The notes below the pieces were generated by a model. That model had not been told where the DNA came from, searched no databases, and saw nothing but the letters and a program-made list of their open reading frames with translations. 61,611 bases of DNA from an uncultured Candidatus Saccharibacteria bacterium. GTDB lineage: Bacteria > Patescibacteriota > Minisyncoccia > Phycocordibacterales > JAACPR01. How positions within the stretch are numbered: position 1 is the stretch's first letter; every line of letters starts with the position of its first letter. Where the stretch lies: assembly GCA_964574865.1 (NCBI GenBank), contig CAZNOT010000001.1:1-61611 (forward strand), written 5' to 3'. The position numbers and the translations under genes were made by a program. Positions 42,184 to 51,494 of this stretch are shown one piece after another.

Positions 42184-43926
42184 CTACATTCGGGACGGGA
42201 GCGGGATGCCGAGGGTGTCGAGGCCGGCGGAGATGACGGCAAAGGTGGCCTCGGCGACGGCCAGGCGGTGCGCGGCGACCTCGGGGGTCTCGGCGGAGAC
42301 GATCGAGCGGCGCTCGTAGAAACCGTTCCAGGCGGCGGAAACTTCGAGGAGGTGCTGCGCGAGGTGCTGCGGCGCGCGCTCGCGGAACGCGCGGCGGTAG
42401 GCTTCGGGTGTGCGGCCGAGGAGCGGCTCGAGGTGCTCGGCGTCGGCAGCGGAAACGGCGGCGGAAACAGCCGGCGCGATGCCAGCCTCCTTCGCCTTTG
42501 CGGCGACCGAGCGCGCGCGGGTGGCGGCGTACTGAATGTACGGGCCAGACTCCCCTACCAGGGACGTCGCCTGCTCGAGGTCGAACACGATGTCCTTGCC
42601 CGGTGACTGCTTCAAAATTTGGTACTTGATCGCGGCGACGGCGACGGCGTTCGCGACGGCGACCTCGTCCTCCGGCGAAAAGCCGCGGCCGCCGATGACC
42701 TCGCGCGACTTCTCGCGCGCCGCCTCGAGCAAATCGAGCGCGATCATCGCGTTCCCCTTGCGCGACGAAATCTTGCCGTCGGAAAGGCGCATCATGCCGT
42801 GCGTGACGTGCGAGGTCTTCGCCGGAATCTCGGGCGCGATTTCCGCGAGCGCGGCCTGCACCACCTTGAAGTACTGCAGCTGCTCGGATGCGGTCACCAG
42901 AACCGCGAGGTCCGGGTGGTAGCGGTCCTCCTTCTCGAATGCCCAGCCGATTTCCTTCGCCTCGTACGCGGGCAGGCCTTTCGACGTGAGGAAGACGCGG
43001 GTGTGGAGGCCGACCTTCTCGCCCTTGTACACGACCGCGCCGTCGCTCTCCTCGAACACCTTGCCCATGTTCTCGGTGACGATCTGCTTGCCGCGCGCCT
43101 CGACCTCTTTCTCCCAAACCTCGTGGTCGAAGCGCGAGCCGATCGCCTCGTACATCTCGTGGAAGTGCGTGATGGACCACTCGCGGCCGCGGTCGTACCA
43201 CCGCTTCTCGCTCGGTGTGGTTTGGCCGCTGAAGACGCGCGCGTTGATGTCGGCGATGCGCGCCTTGGCGTCGATGTCCTCGCCTTCGTAGGCCTCGGAG
43301 CCGAGCGCGTAGGCGCGGCCGACGAAGCGAACCTTGTCGGCGGTGGGCGCGTCATCAGCCGGAGCCTCGGCTGCAATCTGCTCCATACCCCAAATCGCCT
43401 TCGCCACGTGGAGGCCGACGTCGCCGCCGTAGGTGACGCGGGTGACGTCGGCGCCCGCCTTCGCGTAGAGCCGCGAGAGCGTCTCGCCGATCGAGTTGGC
43501 CATCAGGTGGCCAATGTGGAGCGGCTTGAACGGGTTCGGGCAGGAGTACTCGACGAGGGCGCGCTTGCCGGCGAGGTCGTCGAACGCGCCGTACTTTTCG
43601 CCCGCCGCGAGAATCGCCGCAATTTCCGTAGCGACACGCGCCGGCGCAATTTTGAAGTTGATGAAGCCCGGGCCGGCGACGTCGGCCGAGGAGAGGATCG
43701 CGCCGAAGCCGGCGTCGGTGCGCATAACGTCCGCCACTGTCTCCGCCAGCTCTTTCGGGTTCTGCCCCAGCTTCTTCCCCGCCACCAGGCACACGGCGCT
43801 CGCGTAGTCGCCGTGCTCGGGCACCGACGGCTTGTCCAAGGACGGTTCAATACCGCCAACGCCCGCGGCCTCGAGGGCGCGGCGCAGGATGACGAGAATG
43901 TCTTCGGCAATGGTCACGAAGGGCAT
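42184..43926 (-). CDS. argS: arginyl-tRNA synthetase
   Basis: The 580-aa protein has SCPNPFKPLHIGHL (HIGH region) and the C-terminal DALR anticodon-binding domain (GESGPYIQYAATR). Confidence 0.9.
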   Translation of the reverse strand: MPFVTIAEDILVILRRALEAAGVGGIEPSLDKPSVPEHGDYASAVCLVAGKKLGQNPKELAETVADVMRTDAGFGAILSSADVAGPGFINFKIAPARVATEIAAILAAGEKYGAFDDLAGKRALVEYSCPNPFKPLHIGHLMANSIGETLSRLYAKAGADVTRVTYGGDVGLHVAKAIWGMEQIAAEAPADDAPTADKVRFVGRAYALGSEAYEGEDIDAKARIADINARVFSGQTTPSEKRWYDRGREWSITHFHEMYEAIGSRFDHEVWEKEVEARGKQIVTENMGKVFEESDGAVVYKGEKVGLHTRVFLTSKGLPAYEAKEIGWAFEKEDRYHPDLAVLVTASEQLQYFKVVQAALAEIAPEIPAKTSHVTHGMMRLSDGKISSRKGNAMIALDLLEAAREKSREVIGGRGFSPEDEVAVANAVAVAAIKYQILKQSPGKDIVFDLEQATSLVGESGPYIQYAATRARSVAAKAKEAGIAPAVSAAVSAADAEHLEPLLGRTPEAYRRAFRERAPQHLAQHLLEVSAAWNGFYERRSIVSAETPEVAAHRLAVAEATFAVISAGLDTLGIPLPSRM

Positions 43927-43986
43927 ACTAGCGACGGGAGGAGTAAAAGAAAAGCCGCTCAGAGAGCGGCAGTAAGCAGGAGATGC

Positions 43987-44436
43987 TCACGCAGACCTGC
44001 CGGGAACTCGTGGCTTGAGAAGCTCGATCCAGCCGACGCTGTAGTTCTGATAGGCAGCTCCGCGGGGCGCGGGCGGCAGAGCTCCCCGCAGCATCACGGA
44101 GGTTCGGTGGGAATCGTCGCTGCGGGGGTCGAAATTTGGGCCGAGCGTAATTTTGCTCGCCCCAACCGCGAGGGCCGCACTGGCGTTCGCGCGAATGTCG
44201 GCGAGCTCACGCTCGATCCGGGCAATGTCTGCAGGATTGGCCTCGACCGTTACCTCGACAACAATCTCGCACTGCCAGCCCTCGGTTTGGGCGACGGCCT
44301 TGATGGGCGCGGCGAGATAGGTAACCGACCGACCACCCTCATAAGGCTGAGGGTTTCGGAGTCCTCGGGCGATTCCAAAGAAGGAGACGCCCGAGATGAT
44401 GATGAGGAAGCTGACTATGATTTTCTTGGAATTCAT
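43987..44436 (-). CDS. hypothetical secreted/membrane-anchored protein
   Basis: From the ATG at 44436 it begins MNSKKIIVSFLIIISGVSFFG (signal/anchor). Its 5' end and upstream region are conspicuously AT-rich. Confidence 0.45.
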   Translation of the reverse strand: MNSKKIIVSFLIIISGVSFFGIARGLRNPQPYEGGRSVTYLAAPIKAVAQTEGWQCEIVVEVTVEANPADIARIERELADIRANASAALAVGASKITLGPNFDPRSDDSHRTSVMLRGALPPAPRGAAYQNYSVGWIELLKPRVPGRSA

Positions 44437-44530
44437 GTTTTTACTGGGTGGCATTCGAACCAAAATTTGTCTTATAAAAATAAAAATGTCAAGGAGGCGT
44501 GAGGCCGCGCCCTTCGGGCGCGGCCTCACG

Positions 44531-44566
44531 TGCTACCTGTTACTTTTTCCTTGCTACTTCGCCCTA
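44531..44566. repeat. AT-rich heptamer repeat, copy C (single arm)
   Basis: It reads GTGCTAC|CTGTTAC|TTTTTCC|TTGCTAC|TTCGCCC. It abuts the stop codon of the SPFH gene and a GC hairpin (44500-44530). Confidence 0.6.
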
Positions 44567-45304
44567 CTCCTTCCCCTTGCTCGCGAACGCCGACAGCACC
44601 TCCACCGGCACCGCGAACACGATGGTGTTGGACTGGTCGGATGAAACGTCGTTGATGGCCTGGAGCGTGCGGATGTGGAGCGCGCCCGGCGTGGCGGAGA
44701 GCATGCCGGCGGCCTTAGCGATGTTCTCGGCCGCAGCGACCTCGCCTTCGGAGTTGATGATCACCGCGCGGCGCTCGCGCTCGGCCTCGGCCTGCTTGGC
44801 GATCGTGCGCTCCATCGACTGGTCGAGCGCGATGTCCTTGAGCTCGACGGAGGTCACGTCGATGCCCCAGTCTAGGGTCGCGGTATCCACAACGGTCTTG
44901 ATGCGGTCGGAAACGTGCGCGCGCTCGGCCAGGAGCGTGTCGAGCTCGACCTCGCCGATTGCGTTCCTCATCGACGTCTGCGCGAACTGCAGCATCGCGT
45001 AGTAGTAGTCCTCGACGTTGAGGACCGCCTTCTCGGCGTCGGCGACCTTGTAGTAGATGACCGCGTTCACGTGCACCTGGACGTTGTCCTTGGTGATGGC
45101 CTTCTGGTCGGGCACGTCGACAGCCTTGAGGCGCGTGTCGATTTTGCGCATAGACTGGAAGACCGGCACGACGAGGCGCCAGCCCGGCTGTTTCACCTTG
45201 TGGAAGCGACCCATCAGGAACGTGACGCCGCGCTCGTACTGGTTGACCTGGCGGAGGAACGAGAGGATCGCGACGGCAGCGACAAAAATGGTTACGTACG
45301 ACAT
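44564..45304 (-). CDS. SPFH/band-7 (stomatin-like) protein
   Basis: It has an N-terminal TM segment and an SPFH core (YERGVTFLMGRF..., ITKDNVQVHVNAVIYYKV, LRNAIGEVELDTLL, GIDVTSVELKDI). Confidence 0.85.
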   Translation of the reverse strand: MSYVTIFVAAVAILSFLRQVNQYERGVTFLMGRFHKVKQPGWRLVVPVFQSMRKIDTRLKAVDVPDQKAITKDNVQVHVNAVIYYKVADAEKAVLNVEDYYYAMLQFAQTSMRNAIGEVELDTLLAERAHVSDRIKTVVDTATLDWGIDVTSVELKDIALDQSMERTIAKQAEAERERRAVIINSEGEVAAAENIAKAAGMLSATPGALHIRTLQAINDVSSDQSNTIVFAVPVEVLSAFASKGKE

Positions 45305-45383
45305 AGAGGATTTAGGTTAACGCGGCCACTCTACGCGTAGCGAGCGAAAAGAAAAGCGCCCCGAGTGGGGCGCGTTCAGGCAA

Positions 45384-46100
45384 TCAGGCGAGGGCCAGTT
45401 CGACCTGCTCCGCTCGGGGCTTGGCCGCGGCCTCGACCGCGGAAAGCGCGGCCCTGATGGCGGCCGCGAGGACCTCATCGAACGGGCGGTTCGCGTCAAT
45501 TCGCGCGAACGGGACGTCGCACTCCGAGCAAAAGAACTCGGCGAATCCGGCCGCGACCGCAACGTGAAACTCGGCCGGCTCGCGGTCGAAGTGGTTGATC
45601 GTCGCGCCGAACTCTCCGAGGCGCCGGCGGATGCCGATGTCCGGTTTGACGTCGAGCCAGAGGTAGAGGTCCGGCTGCGGGCGAATCGTCCCGAGCGCCG
45701 CCGCGAAAACAGCTTCAGCGGCGGCGATGTCCGCGCCGAAGCGCGCGCGGCGGCCGCGCAGCTGGTACGCATAGGTGCTCGCCGAGAAGCGGTCGCAGAC
45801 GACGATCTCTCCTCGGTCGAGCGCCGGCTTGACCAGCTCCTCGAGGTGCGAGGTACGAGCCGCGAGCATTCCCATGAGCTCGCCCATGGGCGTCAGGTAG
45901 CGCTTCGCCTCGTCCGAGAGCAGCACCTGCCGGTACCGGTAGGTGAAAGGAGAGAGCGTCGGCGAGCCGCCGGGTTCGGCGGTCGAGGTGATCGGCCGGT
46001 GGAGACAGTTGGCGAGTTCCGCCGCGAGGTGGTTGCGGAGCGTCGTTTTGCCGGCGCCTTCGGGGCCCTCGATGGCGAGGAAGAATTTGGTATTTTTCAT
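45384..46100 (-). CDS. tmk: thymidylate kinase-like P-loop kinase
   Basis: It has the P-loop FLAIEGPEGAGKTT and the segment VVCDRFSASTYAYQ. The start was set at the ATG at 46100. Confidence 0.75.
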   Translation of the reverse strand: MKNTKFFLAIEGPEGAGKTTLRNHLAAELANCLHRPITSTAEPGGSPTLSPFTYRYRQVLLSDEAKRYLTPMGELMGMLAARTSHLEELVKPALDRGEIVVCDRFSASTYAYQLRGRRARFGADIAAAEAVFAAALGTIRPQPDLYLWLDVKPDIGIRRRLGEFGATINHFDREPAEFHVAVAAGFAEFFCSECDVPFARIDANRPFDEVLAAAIRAALSAVEAAAKPRAEQVELALA

Positions 46101-46203
46101 TTCTGGTTGTGCTGGGTTTGAGGAAGAGCTCATACTCCAAGGGTACGTCCGGCGGCGGAGACCCCGCAACTGGCCGACGCGCGAGCGCCGTGTCCTGCTT
46201 TAG

Positions 46204-47382
46204 CTACGCGCACAGCACCGCGTCGATTCGGCGGGAAATTTCGACAAAATCGGCCTCGGTCTTGCCGCGCGTCGTCTCGGCGGCGGTGCCCAGGCGGATG
46301 CCGGAGGGGTCCACGGGCGAGCGCGCCTCGCCGGGAATCGTGTTCTTGTTGACGATGATGCCGGCGCGTTCCAAGCGGTCGGACGCGTCCTTACCCCCCA
46401 CCCTGTTCGCCCACGTGTCGACGAGAACGAGGTGGGTGTCGGTGCCGCCCGAGACGATGCGCCAGCCGAGCCGCGCCAATTCAGCGGCGAGCGCCTGCGC
46501 GTTCTTCACCACCTGCGCGGCGTACGTTTTGAAATCGGGCTGCACGGCCTCGCCGAGCGCCACGGCGACCGCGGCAATCTGGTTCACGTGCGGGCCGCCC
46601 TGGAAACCTGGAAAAACGGCTTTGTCGATGAGTTCGGGGAGAGACTTCCCGTCGCGCGAGCGATCCTTGCGGCTGAAGATAATCGCCGCGCGCGGGCCGC
46701 GCAGCGTCTTGTGGACAGTCGTAGTGACGACGTCGGCGAACAGAAACGGCGAAGGCGCCGCGCCGCCGGCCACCAGGCCCGCGGTGTGCGACATGTCGGC
46801 CAAGAGGAACGCGCCGGCAACGTCGGCCACCTTGCGAAACGCGGCCCAGTCGACGGCGCGCGGGTACGCGGTGAAACCGGCAATGACGACGGAAGGCTTC
46901 TCGGCGGCGGCAAGGCCTAAGAGCGCCACGTGATCAATCGTCTCGGTTTTCGGGTCGACGCCGAACGGCACCTGCGCCCACAGCTTCCCCGTCGCGGACA
47001 CCTTGTACCCGTGCGTGAGGTGCCCGCCGTCGCTGAGGTTCATGCCCATAACCTTGGAGCCTAAAGGCGCGAGGGCGAGGAGCGCAGCCAAGTTCGCGGG
47101 CGAGCCCGACAGCGCCTGCACGTTCACCGCCCACTCATCCGCAGACAGGCCGAAGAGCGCGAGCGCGCGGGCCTGCGCCAGCTTTTCGATTTCGTCCACC
47201 ACCTCGTTGCCGCCGTAGTAGCGCGCGGCCGGGTAGCCTTCGGCGTACTTGTTGGTGAGCGCGGAGCCGAGCGCCGCGAGCACGTCGTCCGAAACGTAGT
47301 TCTCAGACGCGATCAAATTGACGACGCTCCCCTGCCGCGCGATTTCGTCGCCGATGAGCTTCTCGATTTCTGCGTCCTTCAT
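46204..47382 (-). CDS. glyA: serine hydroxymethyltransferase
   Basis: It contains NLIASENYVS, YAEGYPAARYYGG and the PLP-lysine region TTTVHKTLRGPR. Confidence 0.95.
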   Translation of the reverse strand: MKDAEIEKLIGDEIARQGSVVNLIASENYVSDDVLAALGSALTNKYAEGYPAARYYGGNEVVDEIEKLAQARALALFGLSADEWAVNVQALSGSPANLAALLALAPLGSKVMGMNLSDGGHLTHGYKVSATGKLWAQVPFGVDPKTETIDHVALLGLAAAEKPSVVIAGFTAYPRAVDWAAFRKVADVAGAFLLADMSHTAGLVAGGAAPSPFLFADVVTTTVHKTLRGPRAAIIFSRKDRSRDGKSLPELIDKAVFPGFQGGPHVNQIAAVAVALGEAVQPDFKTYAAQVVKNAQALAAELARLGWRIVSGGTDTHLVLVDTWANRVGGKDASDRLERAGIIVNKNTIPGEARSPVDPSGIRLGTAAETTRGKTEADFVEISRRIDAVLCA

Positions 47383-47546
47383 GGTTTTAGGTCGTGGTCG
47401 GGCGGCGAACCGGCCGCCGCGAAAATTTTCGCGGCAACCAAACTGCGAGGGCGTCTCCCGAATCTACTTTTCGGAGGCTAGCTTGAATCGGCGCGGAGCG
47501 CCAGCGGCTAAAAAGAAAAGCGCCGACCCTGCGGGTCGGCGCGCTA

Positions 47547-48959
47547 TCAGGCAGGACGAATCGTCTGCGTCCCTCGCTTCACCGTGAAGTCCTTATCGCC
47601 GAGATCGGCGTGCAGGGCAACCCACGGCCATTTTTCTTTCACGTAGCGAGCCATCGCCTGGGCGATACGGCGCGCCGTCGGATGAACCGTCGGCGCGGCG
47701 CGAAGCTCGGCTACGTAGAGAATTTGCGGCAAACCGCAGGTGTACCGCCAGGGCACGCGGAACCCCATGGGGACCATGTGCTGCGCTTCGACCTTGCCGT
47801 GCTTCGCCGCCACCTCGCGCCAGCGTTCGACCAGTTTTGGCACGAACACCAGCTCGGTTTCTGAACGGAACCGCTCTGGAAGGTTATCGAGGTACCATCG
47901 CTCAAATCCAAGTTCAGCCGTGAGCACTGGCATCCGCCAGAACCCGCGCCGCTGGCGGTGGAGGTCTCGGTACGACCCAAAGTCGACGAGCGCCTGGAAA
48001 GTGGCCGTCCCGAACTCGCCAAAGCTGTGGTGCAGCCCGAGACCGCGCGGACGCTCGTTGAGCAAGCGGTACGCGAGGTCAGAGAGGCCGCCGACGTCGA
48101 TGGAGTCGCGAAGGACCGTGAGGCCTTCGGTGACTTCTCCTTCGCCAGGAGCAAAATCGCCCCACGCCCACTCAGCGGTGAGCCTGCGGTATTCCTCCGC
48201 TTCGGGCATCTGGGCCAAGGATCGCTCACCGGAGACATCGAGCATCGCCGCGTTCTCCGGGAAGCTCGAGGCGAAATCTTCGCGGAGCGCTCCCCAGATT
48301 TTGTTGGCGATGCCCCGCACCTCTTCGAGTGGGTGATGACGCAGGAGGATGAGGTGATCGGCGAGCTGGCGAAGGTTGCCGTGCCAGCCAACCTGGGTAG
48401 CCGCGCCTGCAGGCAGGAACGCCCGACGGATGTCGAAAGCGCGAGCCCGAATGGCGGTCTCCCAAACCGACAGCTTCTGCCCCTCCTCGATGGGGTGCTG
48501 CGCGGCAACCATTTCGAAGAGCGGATCGCCGAGCTTCCGGTAGAAATCCATCAGCGCCTCAATCGTTTCCCGCGCAATCGGGTGGCCCGTGGGCTCCCAA
48601 ATTGGCGCGCCATCGAAATCAATGTAGCGGGTGGAAGTCTCCTGGCCCGAGAACATCGGCGAATCCTCGATCGCTTTCGCCGCGAGCATCGAGATGCGCT
48701 CGGAGAAGATTGTGGTCGATCCGCAGTCGGCGATCGATTTGTGGGCGTAGCCCACGTAGGTGCCCGCCATGAACTTGGCGGAGCCGATTTCGGCAACTTT
48801 CGCCGCGTGCGCGCGAGCGCTTTCCTGGCTCCGCGAGTAGAAGGCACAGATCATCGCGCCGTCCTGCGGCGAGATTCGAATTCCGTACTCTTTCTCGAGC
48901 GTCGGCAGGGTGAAGATAGACGGCGCACCTTCGGCGGGTTTCCAAATTGGATTTTTCAT
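47547..48959 (-). CDS. thyX: ThyX-like (flavin-dependent thymidylate synthase family) protein, apparent tandem two-domain form
   Basis: It has two ThyX-like halves. The first contains ...SGQETSTRYIDF and RRAFLPAGAATQVGWHGNLRQLADHLILLR. The second contains SYRDLHRQRR and GLPQILYVAELRAAPTVHPTARRIA. Genomic context is tmk, glyA and dcd. The start was set at the ATG at 48959. Confidence 0.6.
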   Translation of the reverse strand: MKNPIWKPAEGAPSIFTLPTLEKEYGIRISPQDGAMICAFYSRSQESARAHAAKVAEIGSAKFMAGTYVGYAHKSIADCGSTTIFSERISMLAAKAIEDSPMFSGQETSTRYIDFDGAPIWEPTGHPIARETIEALMDFYRKLGDPLFEMVAAQHPIEEGQKLSVWETAIRARAFDIRRAFLPAGAATQVGWHGNLRQLADHLILLRHHPLEEVRGIANKIWGALREDFASSFPENAAMLDVSGERSLAQMPEAEEYRRLTAEWAWGDFAPGEGEVTEGLTVLRDSIDVGGLSDLAYRLLNERPRGLGLHHSFGEFGTATFQALVDFGSYRDLHRQRRGFWRMPVLTAELGFERWYLDNLPERFRSETELVFVPKLVERWREVAAKHGKVEAQHMVPMGFRVPWRYTCGLPQILYVAELRAAPTVHPTARRIAQAMARYVKEKWPWVALHADLGDKDFTVKRGTQTIRPA

Positions 48960-49090
48960 TGTTTTGTAGGTTCTTGGGTTTAGGTTCGTGGCTACCCTAC
49001 CCCACCGGCCCAACCAGGCAAGCCTCAAATGTGGGCCACGCCAAAACCCCGTGCGTCAACAGCCGTCCGGGATGTACCATTCCCCCGCCT

Positions 49091-49801
49091 ATGGCCCTCT
49101 CCGACCGGCGCATCCTGGAAGAAATGGCGAAGGGCGACATCGTCATTTCGCCGTTCAGGCGCGAGAACCTCGCCACCTCGAGCTACGACCTCACGCTCGG
49201 CGAGTGGTACTACCGCGAGCAGCCGGTCTCGAAGTACCACCACAAGATTTACAACATCTACAACAAGGACCACATCGACCACGTGTGGGGCAAAAAGGCG
49301 CAGCGCGCCGAGCTGGCGAAGGACGCCTTCCGCAAGTACAACCTCGAGTGGCAGGGCATCTCGCCGGAGGACCGCGTGATCTTCCTCGAGCCGGGCGAGA
49401 CGATCCTGGCCCACACCGAGGAGTTCATCGGCGGCAAGAACCACATCACGACAATGATGAAAGCACGCTCGTCGCTCGGCCGCTCGTTCATCGAGGTCTG
49501 CAAGTGCGCCGGCTGGGGCGACGTGGGCTACATCAACCGCTGGACAATGGAGATTACGAACAACTCCAAGCACTACTCGATTCCGCTGATCGTTGGCCGC
49601 CGCATCGCGCAGCTCATCTTCTTTGAGACCGGGCCGATCATCGGCGACGATTACACAGCCAAGGGAAAGTACAACCCGGCGGGCTCGGTCGCCACGCTCC
49701 GGAAGCTCTGGAAGCCGAGCGCCATGCTCCCCCGCCTGGACCAGGACCGCGACGCGCTGAAATCGAACGCGCCGAAGGCGAAGAAAAAGTCTGGCCGCTA
49801 G
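49091..49801 (+). CDS. dcd: dCTP deaminase / dUTPase-superfamily protein
   Basis: It contains MALSDRRILEEM...ISPF...SSYDLTLG, KARSSLGRSFIEV, and GWGDVGYINRWTMEITNNS...IAQLIFFE. Confidence 0.8.
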   Translation: MALSDRRILEEMAKGDIVISPFRRENLATSSYDLTLGEWYYREQPVSKYHHKIYNIYNKDHIDHVWGKKAQRAELAKDAFRKYNLEWQGISPEDRVIFLEPGETILAHTEEFIGGKNHITTMMKARSSLGRSFIEVCKCAGWGDVGYINRWTMEITNNSKHYSIPLIVGRRIAQLIFFETGPIIGDDYTAKGKYNPAGSVATLRKLWKPSAMLPRLDQDRDALKSNAPKAKKKSGR

Positions 49802-50121
49802 GCCCGGCCGAAGACCGTCACCGCGAGGCCGTCTATCCGCTTCTCCACGCGCCCCAGCCGCGTTTTGACGTCCACGACGTCGAGCGCGATTGAATCGACG
49901 CGATCTTCGATGCGATCGAGGCAGCGATCAATTTGCTCGAACCTGGAATCAGTCTGACCGAACTTCGAGTCGATCTGATCAAACTTCGAGTCGACTTGAT
50001 CGAATCGGCGGTAAACGTCGGCGAACCCGCTCGCTACAGCCGCGGCGAGCGGGTCGATTTTAGAATCAACCTTTTCGTCGATGAGGGCGCCGATAGCCTC
50101 GAGGTCTTTTTTGCTCAGCAT
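49798..50121 (-). CDS. small heptad-repeat (coiled-coil) protein
   Basis: The protein reads MLSKKDLEAIGALIDEKVDSKIDP...FDQVDSKFDQIDSKFGQTDSRFEQIDRCLDRIEDRVDSI.... The ATG at 50121 lies 7 nt after a TACAAT box that overlaps the alternative ATG at 50133. Confidence 0.45.
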   Translation of the reverse strand: MLSKKDLEAIGALIDEKVDSKIDPLAAAVASGFADVYRRFDQVDSKFDQIDSKFGQTDSRFEQIDRCLDRIEDRVDSIALDVVDVKTRLGRVEKRIDGLAVTVFGRA

Positions 50122-50210
50122 CGCGCGGGGCATTGTACGCCCGGCAACCCGCGCCGCAGTAAGGTGGATATCACGCCCCGCTAAGCCGTTTTGGATAGGT
50201 TTTCCAAAGG

Positions 50211-50300
50211 CGCAAAAGAAAAACACCCGACAGTGTACGAATGTACCCCGAGGGTGCTTTTCCTTTGCCGCAGCCGGCACTCGGCGATTTCCCCGAAAGG
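50211..50300 (-). repeat. terminator-associated repeat, copy T5 (after rplK)
   Basis: The stem AAAAGAAAAACACCC/GGGTGCTTTTCCTTT has the tip gacagtgtacgaatgtaccccgagg (50229-50253) and the flank gccgcagcc. Confidence 0.7.
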
Positions 50301-50726
50301 TTAACCTTTCACTTCCACGCCCATGGAGCGGCAGGTACCCTCGATGGTGCGCATGGCGGCCTCGACGGACGCGGCGGAGAGGTCCACAGCCTTCTTCTCA
50401 GCGATCTCGCGGATCTTCGCCTTGGTGATGGAGCCAGCCTTGGTGACGAGGTTCTTGCCCGAGCCCTTCTCGAGACCGGCGAGCTTGAGGACGAGGCGGG
50501 ACGCCGGCGGAGTCTTGTACTTCACCTCGTAGGTGCGGTCCTCGAAGACGGTGATGACCACCGGCACGATGTCGCCCATCTTGTCCTTGGTCTCGTCGTT
50601 GAACTTCTTAGTGAATTCACCGATGTTGATGCCGGCCTGACCGAGCGCGGGGCCGATAGGAGGCGCAGGGGTGGCCTTCCCGGCCGGGATCTGGAGCTTG
50701 ACGAGCTTGGTGATTTTCTTGGCCAT
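50301..50726 (-). CDS. rplK: 50S ribosomal protein L11
   Basis: It reads [43 protein letters not shown].... Confidence 0.95.
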   Translation of the reverse strand: MAKKITKLVKLQIPAGKATPAPPIGPALGQAGINIGEFTKKFNDETKDKMGDIVPVVITVFEDRTYEVKYKTPPASRLVLKLAGLEKGSGKNLVTKAGSITKAKIREIAEKKAVDLSAASVEAAMRTIEGTCRSMGVEVKG

Positions 50727-50825
50727 AAGTTTGTGCCGGCGAACCTTACCTAAATCGGTCTAATAAATCAACCGCCCTCCCCAACCCATCTCCTTTGAGT
50801 AACGCCCGGCTCGCCGGGGCCGAGC

Positions 50826-50928
50826 GAGAAAGGTTTTGGCCGGCCGACGGTGTACGCACGTACTCCGAGGGCGAGCAAAACCTTTCGCAGCCGGCATCCG
50901 GCAGCCGCCCGGCTAACGCTTAGCGCGC
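50826..50928 (-). repeat. terminator-associated repeat, copy T6 (between nusG and rplK)
   Basis: The stem GAGAAAGGTTTTG.../...CAAAACCTTTC has the tip gacggtgtacgcacgtactccgagg (50846-50870) and the flank tcgcagcc. Confidence 0.7.
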
Positions 50929-51474
50929 CTAAATCTTCTTTACCTGGAGGTAATCGAGCTCGATGGGAGTCTCGCGACCGAACATCGATACCAAAACCCT
51001 CAACTTGCCGCGCTCGGCGTCCACCTTCTCAACCTTGCCCTCGAGCTCCTTGAACGGACCGTCCGTGACGATGACCGGGTCGCCCTCGTCCACGTCGATC
51101 GTGTGCTTCGGAGCCTCGCCCGTCGAGCGGGAGAGGATGGCCTTCACCTCGGCCTCTGAGAGCGGCACGGGCACGACGCCAGAGCCGACGAAGCCGGTCA
51201 CGCGCGGCGTGTTACGGACGACGTACCAGGACTCGTCGGTGACGGCCATGTCCACGAGCACGTAGCCCGGGTAGACCTTCTCCTCGACCTCGACGCGCTT
51301 CTGCCCCTTGATCTTGACCTTCTTCTCCTTGGGGACAATCACGGCGAAAATTTTGTCCTCCATGCCCAGCGACTCGATGCGCTGCTGGAGGTTGCGCGCA
51401 ACCGCGTCCTCGTAGCCCGCGTAGGTGTGAATCGCGTACCAGTGCCGATCGCCGCTCCCCTGCTGTTTAGCCAT
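50929..51474 (-). CDS. nusG: transcription termination/antitermination factor NusG
   Basis: It has an NGN domain (WYAIHTYAGYEDAV) and a KOW domain (GDPVIVTDGPFKELEGKVEKV). Confidence 0.95.
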   Translation of the reverse strand: MAKQQGSGDRHWYAIHTYAGYEDAVARNLQQRIESLGMEDKIFAVIVPKEKKVKIKGQKRVEVEEKVYPGYVLVDMAVTDESWYVVRNTPRVTGFVGSGVVPVPLSEAEVKAILSRSTGEAPKHTIDVDEGDPVIVTDGPFKELEGKVEKVDAERGKLRVLVSMFGRETPIELDYLQVKKI

Positions 51475-51494
51475 ATGTGTTGTGGTGCGGGAAG

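Noticed and set aside
42528-42551. The sequence GGCGTACTGAATGTACGGG inside argS resembles the GTAC-N-GTAC tip of the terminator repeat family.
   Set aside because: It lies in the coding frame (GPYIQYAA, a conserved ArgRS segment). It lacks the flanking A/T-rich stems and the conserved flanks. It is probably coincidental.
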